The notes under the pieces were generated by a model. It did no database searches, was not told the DNA's origin, and saw only the letters and a program-made list of their open reading frames with translations. Positions 8,516 through 16,523 of a stretch of 27,307 nt of DNA are shown piece by piece (within the stretch, counting starts at the first letter, position 1; each line of letters opens with the position of its first letter). Source of the DNA: an uncultured Phycisphaerae bacterium. GTDB taxonomy: Bacteria > Planctomycetota > Phycisphaerae > Sedimentisphaerales > Anaerohalosphaeraceae. A program made the position numbers and the translations under genes. The stretch spans positions 1-27,307 of the forward strand of contig CBDUSK010000001.1 of NCBI GenBank assembly GCA_965369915.1, in the 5' to 3' direction.

Positions 8516-9325
8516 ATGAGTACGAAAATTCACCAAAGCGCAGTCATTGATAAAACAGCACAGTTGGCAGATGGCGTTGTTATTGGGCCTAACTCTGTAA
8601 TAGACGAAGGGGTGGTGATCGGGGAGGGCACTATAGTCGATGCCAACGTTGTGATAGGCAAAAATGTAAAACTCGGCAAAGGCAACCGGCTATTTACCAA
8701 TTGCGCGATCGGCAGGGAACCCCAGCTCCTGGATATGGACCCGGATGCTGAGATCGGCAGGCTGGAAATAGGCGACAATAATGTTATACGTGAACAGGTA
8801 ACGATCCACCCGAGTATACATCCGGGTAAACTGACCAGGCTCGGCAATGATAACATGATGATGGTCGGTGTGCATATCGGCCATGATTGTGTGCTTGAAA
8901 ATAAGATCGTGATAAGCAACTACTCGCAGATCAGCGGCCACTGCAAGATCGAAACGGGCGTCTGGCTGAGCGGCATGGTGGCAGTCCATCAGTTCGTAAC
9001 GTTTGGGAAGTGGTGTTACGCGGCAGGGTTTGCCGGCATCAATCATGATATTCCGCCTTTTGTCATCGTGAGCGGACATTATCCGCCCGAGGTAAGGTCC
9101 GTAAACAAAAGGGGCTTAACCCGTGCCGGCCTTGGCGAACAGCAGCAGAAAGCAATAGCCAATGCGTTCAAGAAGATCTATAAAGGCAATGGTATATTCA
9201 TCGACAGGGTAAAGGCTCTGGGTGCCGAAGACGGGCTTGACGAAAACGTTCGCGATATGGTCGATGCGATCCTCAAAAGCAATGAGCACAGATTCGGCAG
9301 GCACCTGGAATTATTCAGAGATTAA
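8516..9325 (+). CDS. lpxA: Acyl-ACP--UDP-N-acetylglucosamine acyltransferase
   Basis: IHQSAVID, hexapeptide repeats, IREQVTIH, HIGHDC (catalytic His), SGHC, VHQF, VNKRGL. Follows fabZ. Confidence 0.95.
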   Translation: MSTKIHQSAVIDKTAQLADGVVIGPNSVIDEGVVIGEGTIVDANVVIGKNVKLGKGNRLFTNCAIGREPQLLDMDPDAEIGRLEIGDNNVIREQVTIHPSIHPGKLTRLGNDNMMMVGVHIGHDCVLENKIVISNYSQISGHCKIETGVWLSGMVAVHQFVTFGKWCYAAGFAGINHDIPPFVIVSGHYPPEVRSVNKRGLTRAGLGEQQQKAIANAFKKIYKGNGIFIDRVKALGAEDGLDENVRDMVDAILKSNEHRFGRHLELFRD

Positions 9326-9343
9326 CGCAAGAGGAAAACCCGT

Positions 9344-10345
9344 ATGAGCAAACTTCGAACAGCTGTTGTCGGCGCCGGTAAAATGGGGGCCATACACTCC
9401 AAGGTCTACAGCCAGTTAAACGAAAGCGAGTTGGTCGCGGTAGTCGATGTTCAAAAAGACAAGGCCGACACACTGGCCGCTCAATACGGCTGTCAGGCAT
9501 TTACGGATATTGAGGCTTTGATCGACAAGGTCGATGCGGTTACGATATCGGCACCAACGGCCAATCACCTGGAGATTGCGAAGGGTTTTATCGAAAACAA
9601 TATCGCGGTGATGATAGAAAAACCGCTGGCAGCGAACGTTGTCCAGGCCCGCGAGATCGTTGAGCTTGCGAAAAAGCACAACACCATTGTAGCGGTCGGC
9701 CATTCCGAACGATGCAATCCGGTCGTACAGGCGATGAAGCGGCTTGATATCGAGCCGAGGTTCATCGAGGCCAACCGTATCAGTCCATATACTTTCCGCT
9801 CGACGGATATCGGGGTGGTGATGGACGTAATGATACACGATATCGATATCATCCTTTCGTTAGCGGCAAGCGGGATAAAAAAGATAGATGCCGTTGGTGT
9901 TAACGTCATCGGGGACCATGAAGACATCTGTAATGCGAGGATCGTTTTTGAGAACAACTGTGTTGCGAATATTACGGCTTCAAGAGTGGCGTTAAAGACC
10001 GAACGGAAAGTCAGGGTTTTCAGCAGTCAGGCATATTTGAGTCTGGATTACCTGAAGAAGGAAGGGGTTATCATCAAGGCCGCTCCGAACGTTGACGTTG
10101 TCAAATGGATACAGGAACACCAGACCCAGGATTTTGATTTTGCGGATGTTAACTGGCCTGACCTTCTGCATATCGAGCAGCTTGACATCGAGGATGCCGA
10201 GCCATTGCGTATCGAACAGCAGTTATTCCTAAAGGCGGTTTCTGACAAACAGTCCCGTCCGGAAGTCACCGCCGAGGATGGTCTCGCAGCCATGGAATGT
10301 GCGGAGATGATCCTTGCTTCGATCAAGGAGCACAAGTGGGAATGA
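9344..10345 (+). CDS. Gfo/Idh/MocA NAD-dependent oxidoreductase, GnnA-like (probable UDP-GlcNAc 3-dehydrogenase)
   Basis: VVGAGKMG, IEKP, VGHSERCNP, RISPYTFRSTDIGVVMDVMIHDID, DICNARIVFENNCVANITASR. Starts 18 nt after the lpxA stop. Family is secure; substrate is inferred from context. Confidence 0.8.
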   Translation: MSKLRTAVVGAGKMGAIHSKVYSQLNESELVAVVDVQKDKADTLAAQYGCQAFTDIEALIDKVDAVTISAPTANHLEIAKGFIENNIAVMIEKPLAANVVQAREIVELAKKHNTIVAVGHSERCNPVVQAMKRLDIEPRFIEANRISPYTFRSTDIGVVMDVMIHDIDIILSLAASGIKKIDAVGVNVIGDHEDICNARIVFENNCVANITASRVALKTERKVRVFSSQAYLSLDYLKKEGVIIKAAPNVDVVKWIQEHQTQDFDFADVNWPDLLHIEQLDIEDAEPLRIEQQLFLKAVSDKQSRPEVTAEDGLAAMECAEMILASIKEHKWE

Positions 10346-10385
10346 GCCCAAAGCACCGTGTTTTCTTTGCCGGTTAGTATCTGAC

Positions 10386-11060
10386 TTATATTTCCGGTTT
10401 AAGCCTGCTCACGGCCTGGTGCGCCAGGCGAGTCGGTTCCGGCAGCCGGTATTTCGTTGCACAGGTCAAGACGACCCTTATCGCATCTTTCAGAAGACAT
10501 TTATTTCCCACCGAGACGAACATGGGTCTTACATTTTTCCGAGTGCGCAGAACAGCTCCGACAGTTTGGCCCTTGTCTTTAAGCACAGAGTAATCTCCCT
10601 TTTCGATACCGACTTCGTCAAACGTGCCGATGAGCCTGCTTTTTGCGCAGCCGATGGCGGGCTTGTCGAAAAAAAGTCCAAGATGACAGGCCAGACCCAT
10701 TCGGCGCGGATGTGCGGAGCCCTGTCCGTCGATCATGAAAATATCCGGGACGGATCTAAGTTTTGACGCGGCTTTTATACAAACGGGTGCCTCTCGAAAG
10801 GAAAGCAGCCCGGGGATATAGGGAAAGGCAACGTCGGTTACGGCGTGTCTGGTTTCGACGACCTTCATATCCGGAAAGGCCAGTACGACGATGACCGCAC
10901 AGATCCTTTTTTTGTCTTTGCTGAACGCACAGTCGAGCCCGGCTATAAGCCGGGTGTTTTTTTCAAGTTTCTCAAAACGCACGCGTTCGGCAAGCAAGAT
11001 CTGAAGCTTTCTTGCCTGGTCATAAGACAGGTCCCAGTCGTGAAGTTGTTTTATATTCAT
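10386..11060 (-). CDS. nfi: Endonuclease V (deoxyinosine 3' endonuclease)
   Basis: AGLDCAF, FPYIPGLLSFREAP, IDGQGSAHPRRMGLACHLG, IGCAKSRL, YRLPEPTRLAH. Confidence 0.97.
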   Translation of the reverse strand: MNIKQLHDWDLSYDQARKLQILLAERVRFEKLEKNTRLIAGLDCAFSKDKKRICAVIVVLAFPDMKVVETRHAVTDVAFPYIPGLLSFREAPVCIKAASKLRSVPDIFMIDGQGSAHPRRMGLACHLGLFFDKPAIGCAKSRLIGTFDEVGIEKGDYSVLKDKGQTVGAVLRTRKNVRPMFVSVGNKCLLKDAIRVVLTCATKYRLPEPTRLAHQAVSRLKPEI

Positions 11061-11173
11061 GATAGCGGAAATTAAAGATTAGCTTTAATGGTTATATCAC
11101 GGCTGTTCGGGCCTGTCGACGATATAAAGCTGCAAGTTTCAGGCACAGAGTACAAAAACCGCCGTTAAAAAAT

Positions 11174-11204
11174 AGTTTACTTTGTTCTCAAGATATGATA
11201 CAAT
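11174..11204. promoter_or_regulatory. Candidate overlapping divergent sigma70 promoters for uvrA (+) and nfi (-)
   Basis: Plus strand: TTTACT (11176-11181), 17 nt, TACAAT (11199-11204), with TG at 11196-11197 as an extended -10. Minus strand: TTGTAT (11203-11198), 18 nt, TAAACT (11179-11174). Motif match only. Confidence 0.55.
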
Positions 11205-11215
11205 CGTAAAATCGG

Positions 11216-11240
11216 CTTATTGCAGAAATTGTGCAATAAG
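11216..11240. promoter_or_regulatory. Inverted repeat CTTATTGCA-N7-TGCAATAAG, candidate operator or 5'-UTR hairpin upstream of uvrA
   Basis: Perfect 9-bp arms at 11216-11224 and 11232-11240, flanked by the direct repeat TACAATCGTA at 11199-11208 and 11241-11250. The sequence pattern is certain; function is not. Confidence 0.55.
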
Positions 11241-11278
11241 TACAATCGTACTAACCGCAGGGAGCAGGTGTAAAAAAA

Positions 11279-14134
11279 GTGCAAAAAGTGATCAGGATAA
11301 TCGGTGCCAGCGAGCATAACCTGAAGAACATAAATATTGACATTCCCCGCGACAAACTCATAGCCGTCACCGGCATAAGCGGGTCGGGAAAAAGCAGTCT
11401 GGCTTTCGATACGGTCTATGCCGAGGGACAGCGCAAATACGTCGAATCGTTAAGCGCTTACGCCAGGCAGTTTCTCGAGCAGATGCAAAAGCCTCATGTC
11501 GAACACATCGAAGGGCTCCCCCCGACGATCGCGATCGAACAGAGAAGTGCCAGCAGCAATCCGCGTTCGACGGTCGCCACGACCACGGAGATATATGATT
11601 ACTGCAGGGTTCTGTTCGCCCGGGCTGGAGAGCCTCATTGCTGGAAGTGCGGAGCGGCGATAACCAGCCAGCATTCTTCACAGATCGTGGACTCGATCCT
11701 TAGCCGGCCTGAAGGTACGAAGATCCAGATATGCGCCATGCTTATCCGGGGCCAGAAGGGCGAACACAGGGAAGTCTTTGCCAGGGTGCAGCGCGAAGGT
11801 TTTGTCCGTGTCCGTGTGGACGGGAGGATCTACGATATCAGGAACTCACCTGCGCTGGACAAAAACAAAAAACATGATATCGCAGCAGTCGTCGACCGGC
11901 TTATCATAAAAGATTCGATCCGTATCCGATTAGCTGATTCTATAGAAACAGCCCTGAAGATCGGGGAAGGCCTGATAGCGGTAATGGTCCAGGAACCGCA
12001 CGACAACAAGGCAGGCGCCGGCAACGGCGACTGGAAAGATGTTATCTACAGTGAGAAATTTGCCTGCACCAGGCATCCGGAGGCTTCGCTGGAAGAACTT
12101 TCGCCCAGATTGTTCAGCTTTAACAGTCCGTACGGCGCCTGCAAAAGCTGCGACGGGCTCGGGACAATTCTTGAGTTCGACCCCGACCTCATCGCCCCGG
12201 ACAAGACAGTTTCTCTTGAGAACGGCGCGATAGATGCGTGGCGAAAAGGCGGCAAGCGGATGAACATTTATTACAACCGGCTGATAAAGAGATTCTGCAG
12301 GAATTTCGAAATAAGCAAGAAAACGCCTTTCGATAAACTGAGCGTCCGGGTCAGAAAGATACTGCTTTACGGTACGTCGGCGGCGGACGAAAAAAAATAC
12401 GGCTACTCTTTCGAAGGGGTGATCCCAAACCTGGACCGACGATGGCAAAAAACCACCAGCGTATATGTAAAGGCAAGACTGCACAGCTATCTTTCGGAAC
12501 AGTCCTGCCGGAGCTGTAAGGGCGCAAGGCTTCGCCCCGAGGCGATAGCGGTTACGGTTGGCTCTAAAAGCATCAGTGAAATCACCGGGATGAGCATCGA
12601 ACGGGCTCAGAAATTTTTCAGCAGAGTTAAATTTGATGCCGAGAAAACTTTGATCGCCGTCCAGCCGCTCAAGGAAATAAAGGCCAGATTAAAGTTTATG
12701 GTCGATGTCGGATTGGGCTATCTGACTCTCGACCGGATGAGCAGAACGATGTCCGGCGGGGAAGCCCAGAGGATCCGTCTGGCCACGCAGGTAGGCAGCG
12801 GCCTGGTGGGCTGCTGCTATGTTCTTGATGAGCCGACGATCGGATTGCACCGAAGAGACAACAAGCGTCTGCTCGGGATCCTGCGGAGACTTACCGATAT
12901 CGGCAACACCGTCATCGTGGTCGAGCATGATGAAGATGTCATCGAACACGCTGACCATATCATCGATATCGGTCCGGCGGCCGGTGCCCGCGGCGGAGAA
13001 GTCGTCGTTACCGGAACACTGAAAGATATCTGCCAATGCCAAGAGTCGATCACCGGCAAATATCTCAGCGGCGAAAATCGTATCGAACTTCCGGCGCAAA
13101 GACGAAAATACAGCTTAAGGCGGTGTATCGAGGTAAAACAGGCCTGCGAAAACAATCTAAAGAGTATCAGTGTCAAATTCCCCGTCGGCATCTTTACCTG
13201 TGTAACGGGCGTATCCGGCTCGGGCAAGAGCACGCTGGTGACCGAGATACTGCTCAAGGGCCTGAAACGCAGGATCTACAGCTCACGCCAAAGACCCGGC
13301 AAGCATAAAACGATCCTCGGCATTTCGTACATCGATAAGGTCATCGAGATAGATCAATCTCCTATCGGCAGGACGCCTCGAAGCAACCCGGCTACTTACA
13401 CCGGAGTTTTTGATCTTATCAGGCAGCTCTTTGCCATGACAAGAGAGTCGAAGATCCGCGGGTACAAGCCCGGCAGGTTCAGCTTTAATGTCAAGGGCGG
13501 CCGGTGTGAGCATTGCCAGGGCCAGGGTACAAAAAAGATAGAGATGCACTTTCTGCCGGACGTCTATGTTGTCTGTCAGCAGTGCAAGAGTAAGAGGTAT
13601 AACCCCGAGACGCTGCAGATAACTTACAAGGGCAAGAACATCGCCGATGTGCTCGACATGAGGATCGAAGATGCCCGTCAGTTTTTCGCAAACTTCCCGA
13701 AGATAATGCGGCATATCAAGGCCCTTTACGATGTCGGCCTGGGGTATATGACGCTGGGCCAGTCTTCCACGACGCTTTCAGGCGGTGAGGCCCAGCGGGT
13801 CAAGCTTGCTTCCGAATTAGGCAAGCCCAACACAGGCCATACGTTGTTCCTGCTTGATGAGCCTACAACGGGCCTGCATTTCGCGGATATTCATAATCTG
13901 ATGAACGTACTTCGCAGGCTGTGCGACCTGGGCAATACGGTCGTGGTGATAGAGCATAATCTTGACGTTATTAAGATGGCCGATTATATAATCGACCTTG
14001 GCCCCGAAGGCGGAGACGCAGGCGGCAAAGTGATAGCGACAGGTCCGCCGGAGGAGATCATAAAAGTCAAAAACAGCTATACCGCAAAATACCTGAAGAA
14101 AAAGTTAAAGGCCGAAACAAAGCAGTTCTCATAA
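11279..14134 (+). CDS. uvrA: Excinuclease ABC subunit A
   Basis: GTG start. Two ABC ATPase modules (GISGSGKSS, GVSGSGKST), SGGEAQR signatures, LDEPT, CxxC zinc fingers, IDQSPIGRTPRSNPATY. Confidence 0.98.
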   Translation: MQKVIRIIGASEHNLKNINIDIPRDKLIAVTGISGSGKSSLAFDTVYAEGQRKYVESLSAYARQFLEQMQKPHVEHIEGLPPTIAIEQRSASSNPRSTVATTTEIYDYCRVLFARAGEPHCWKCGAAITSQHSSQIVDSILSRPEGTKIQICAMLIRGQKGEHREVFARVQREGFVRVRVDGRIYDIRNSPALDKNKKHDIAAVVDRLIIKDSIRIRLADSIETALKIGEGLIAVMVQEPHDNKAGAGNGDWKDVIYSEKFACTRHPEASLEELSPRLFSFNSPYGACKSCDGLGTILEFDPDLIAPDKTVSLENGAIDAWRKGGKRMNIYYNRLIKRFCRNFEISKKTPFDKLSVRVRKILLYGTSAADEKKYGYSFEGVIPNLDRRWQKTTSVYVKARLHSYLSEQSCRSCKGARLRPEAIAVTVGSKSISEITGMSIERAQKFFSRVKFDAEKTLIAVQPLKEIKARLKFMVDVGLGYLTLDRMSRTMSGGEAQRIRLATQVGSGLVGCCYVLDEPTIGLHRRDNKRLLGILRRLTDIGNTVIVVEHDEDVIEHADHIIDIGPAAGARGGEVVVTGTLKDICQCQESITGKYLSGENRIELPAQRRKYSLRRCIEVKQACENNLKSISVKFPVGIFTCVTGVSGSGKSTLVTEILLKGLKRRIYSSRQRPGKHKTILGISYIDKVIEIDQSPIGRTPRSNPATYTGVFDLIRQLFAMTRESKIRGYKPGRFSFNVKGGRCEHCQGQGTKKIEMHFLPDVYVVCQQCKSKRYNPETLQITYKGKNIADVLDMRIEDARQFFANFPKIMRHIKALYDVGLGYMTLGQSSTTLSGGEAQRVKLASELGKPNTGHTLFLLDEPTTGLHFADIHNLMNVLRRLCDLGNTVVVIEHNLDVIKMADYIIDLGPEGGDAGGKVIATGPPEEIIKVKNSYTAKYLKKKLKAETKQFS

Positions 14135-14160
14135 AGTGTTAAACGCCCAAGGAGTAAAAA

Positions 14161-15228
14161 ATGGATTTTGAAACACTAAAGTGGATCGGTGACACAAAAG
14201 GCTCCCTGGAGCTTACGGACCAGAGGCTGCTTCCCGGGCAATACAAAAAGCTTCGGTGTGAAACCATCGAACAGCTTTATGATGCTATTTTGACGCTTGC
14301 GGTAAGAGGTGCTCCTGCGATCGGCGTCGCCGCGGGGTACGGCATCTGCCTTGCCATGCAAAGTTTTGTGGGCAACGGATCAAAGAATGCGGTATCACAT
14401 CTTGAAAAAAACGCAGACTATCTTGCCGGATCCCGCCCCACCGCGGTAAACCTTTTCTGGGCGCTGGAGAGGATGAAGACTTCCGCGAAAAAATTCATCG
14501 CCGAAAACACGGGCGCATCGGTTGCCGAGCTACGTCAGGCCCTGCTTACCGAAGCTCATGCCGTATGCAAAGAAGACCGGGACATGTGCAAGGCCATAGG
14601 GGTTAACGGCGAAAAATTCATCAGGGAAAACTCCGGGATACTTACCCATTGCAACGCCGGCGCTCTTGCAACTGCCGGGCAGGGGACGGCTCTTTCGCCG
14701 ATGTACGAAGCTTACGCAGGCGGCAGAAAGTTCAGGGTCTATGTCGATGAGACCAGGCCCTTATTGCAGGGTGCCCGCCTCACCGCGTGGGAACTTACCC
14801 GGGCGGGTATCGATGCGACATTGATCTGTGACAACATGGCCGGGGTCCTGATGAAACAGGGCAAGATCGACACCGTAATAACCGGTGCCGACCGGATCGC
14901 GGCCAACGGCGATACCGCCAACAAGATCGGAACGTTCAGTTTGAGCATCCTGGCTAAAGAACACGGCATACCGTTCTATATCGCTGCCCCTTCGAGCACA
15001 TTTGACCTTAAGATAAAGACAGGTGCCCAAATTCCGATCGAGCAAAGAAACGCCGACGAGATCACTTCGTTTGGGAAAACCAGGATTGCACCGAAGGATA
15101 TTAACGTTTATAATCCGGCGTTCGATGTGACGGACGCTGAGAACATAACCGCAATAATAACCGAAAAAGGTGTTATTGAAAAACCGGACACTGAAAAAAT
15201 CAAAAGTCACCTGAAAAAACGGCGATAA
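14161..15228 (+). CDS. mtnA: S-methyl-5-thioribose-1-phosphate isomerase
   Basis: DQRLLP, VRGAPAIG, SRPTAVNL, LTHCNAGALAT, ETRPLLQGARLTAWEL, GADRIAANGDTANKIGT, NPAFDVT. SD AAGGAG. Confidence 0.96.
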   Translation: MDFETLKWIGDTKGSLELTDQRLLPGQYKKLRCETIEQLYDAILTLAVRGAPAIGVAAGYGICLAMQSFVGNGSKNAVSHLEKNADYLAGSRPTAVNLFWALERMKTSAKKFIAENTGASVAELRQALLTEAHAVCKEDRDMCKAIGVNGEKFIRENSGILTHCNAGALATAGQGTALSPMYEAYAGGRKFRVYVDETRPLLQGARLTAWELTRAGIDATLICDNMAGVLMKQGKIDTVITGADRIAANGDTANKIGTFSLSILAKEHGIPFYIAAPSSTFDLKIKTGAQIPIEQRNADEITSFGKTRIAPKDINVYNPAFDVTDAENITAIITEKGVIEKPDTEKIKSHLKKRR

Positions 15229-15262
15229 ATACTAAGTCAATCGAATTTATGTAGGAATACAG

Positions 15263-16312
15263 ATGAAAGTTCTTTTTGATGTGGTACATCCTGCTCAGGT
15301 GCATTTTTTCAAAAACGCTATTGGTCTGTTAAAAGAGCGAGGCGACGAGGTGGTGGTAACTGCTCGCAAAAAGGATGTTACTATCGATCTTCTCAACACA
15401 CTGAACATAGAACATACTTGTATAAGCCGGAAAGGATCGAACCTTATCGCTATGGGCTTTGAGCTTCTTTGGCGTGACTTAAAGCTTATAAAGATCGTGC
15501 GCCGATTCAAGCCTGACGTAATGGTCGCACGCGTCGGTGTTTCAGTCGGACCAGTAGGAAAGCTTATGGGAATTCCAACAGTCGTATACGATGACATGGA
15601 ACACGCAAAGCTTCAGGGGGCAATCGGCATGACGTTCGCCACTTATATTTGTACGGGCCTGGGTTATTATCGTGATTTTGGCAAACGACACATAAGGTTT
15701 AGGGGTCCGCCCGTGCTTGCTTATATGGGGCCGAAATATTTCCAGCCTGACCCGAAACCTTTAAGACAAGCAGGTCTTGACCCCGACAAACCGTACATCT
15801 TTATAAGGACTGTATCGTGGGGTGCAAGTCATGATGTCGGGAGAAAAAGAAGCTCGGAAAATCGGATCACAAAAATTGTCGACAGACTTTCAAAGTTTGG
15901 CAGGATTGTCATAAGTTCAGAGGAATCGCTAAGCGGTGATTTTGCTCAGTACAACAACCCTGTTCCGGTCGAGAAGATGCACAGTCTTTTGGCTTTTGCG
16001 TCACTTTGTATTGTCGAAGGCGGAACCATGGCGGAGGAAGCGGCTACCCTTGGCGTTCCGGTTGTGTGTCTTGGCACGTACGACTTTGGTTACCTGCGTG
16101 CACTTGAGAACGAATACCAAATGATCTTCCGACCTGGGTCGATAGACAAGGCTGTAGATATTGCAGAAGAGCTTTTAAAGGATGCCGATACGTCCGAGAT
16201 ATGGCGAGAGAAACAGCAAAGGCTTCTTGCCGACAGCAACGATGTTACAGAGTTTATGGTTAAGATGATAAATCGTGCCGCTAGAGAGCATCCGGTCGAA
16301 AGAAAAAAGTAA
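15263..16312 (+). CDS. DUF354 / COG1817-type protein, predicted GT-B glycosyltransferase-like
   Basis: MKVLFDVVHPAQVHFFK..TARKKDVTIDLL, VVYDDMEHA, FIRTVSWGASHD, EGGTMAEEAATLGVP, recognised from memory of the family. Confidence 0.75.
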   Translation: MKVLFDVVHPAQVHFFKNAIGLLKERGDEVVVTARKKDVTIDLLNTLNIEHTCISRKGSNLIAMGFELLWRDLKLIKIVRRFKPDVMVARVGVSVGPVGKLMGIPTVVYDDMEHAKLQGAIGMTFATYICTGLGYYRDFGKRHIRFRGPPVLAYMGPKYFQPDPKPLRQAGLDPDKPYIFIRTVSWGASHDVGRKRSSENRITKIVDRLSKFGRIVISSEESLSGDFAQYNNPVPVEKMHSLLAFASLCIVEGGTMAEEAATLGVPVVCLGTYDFGYLRALENEYQMIFRPGSIDKAVDIAEELLKDADTSEIWREKQQRLLADSNDVTEFMVKMINRAAREHPVERKK

Positions 16313-16415
16313 AACCATACTGGAACTCAGTGTGAAGAACAAAAGATTACGAACGTATTTAGCAAAAATCACTGATACGCCGGTTTATTGCTGTTTAAGC
16401 GGCAGTAAAAAACAT

Positions 16416-16443
16416 TTGCAAAATTCGAGAAATGGACTAAACT
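16416..16443 (+). promoter_or_regulatory. Candidate sigma70 promoter for the glycan locus
   Basis: TTGCAA (16416-16421), 16 nt, TAAACT (16438-16443) in the 211-nt spacer before legB. SD GGAGG at 16511-16515. Confidence 0.3.
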
Positions 16444-16523
16444 AAACGAATCTAAACTGTGGTTTTTCAGGCACTTAAAGAGGCCTCAAAACCATGTAAG
16501 GTCTCTAAACGGAGGTTTGTATA

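Noticed and set aside
10346-10385. Bidirectional terminator between the gnnA-like gene and nfi
   Set aside because: Only a 5-bp CAAAG/CTTTG stem, with no proper hairpin plus U-tract.
10314-10766. 150-aa plus-strand ORF continuing the lpx operon
   Set aside because: It is antisense to a clear nfi gene and has no recognisable domain.
11061-11278. Known LexA boxes upstream of uvrA
   Set aside because: TGTTC occurs at 11104 and 11183 but lacks the matching second half-site at the required spacing.
16386-16411. ops/JUMPstart-like element or terminator ahead of the glycan cluster
   Set aside because: GCGGCAGTAA only loosely resembles GGCGGTAG. The weak hairpin relies on G-U pairs and is followed by A's, not U's.
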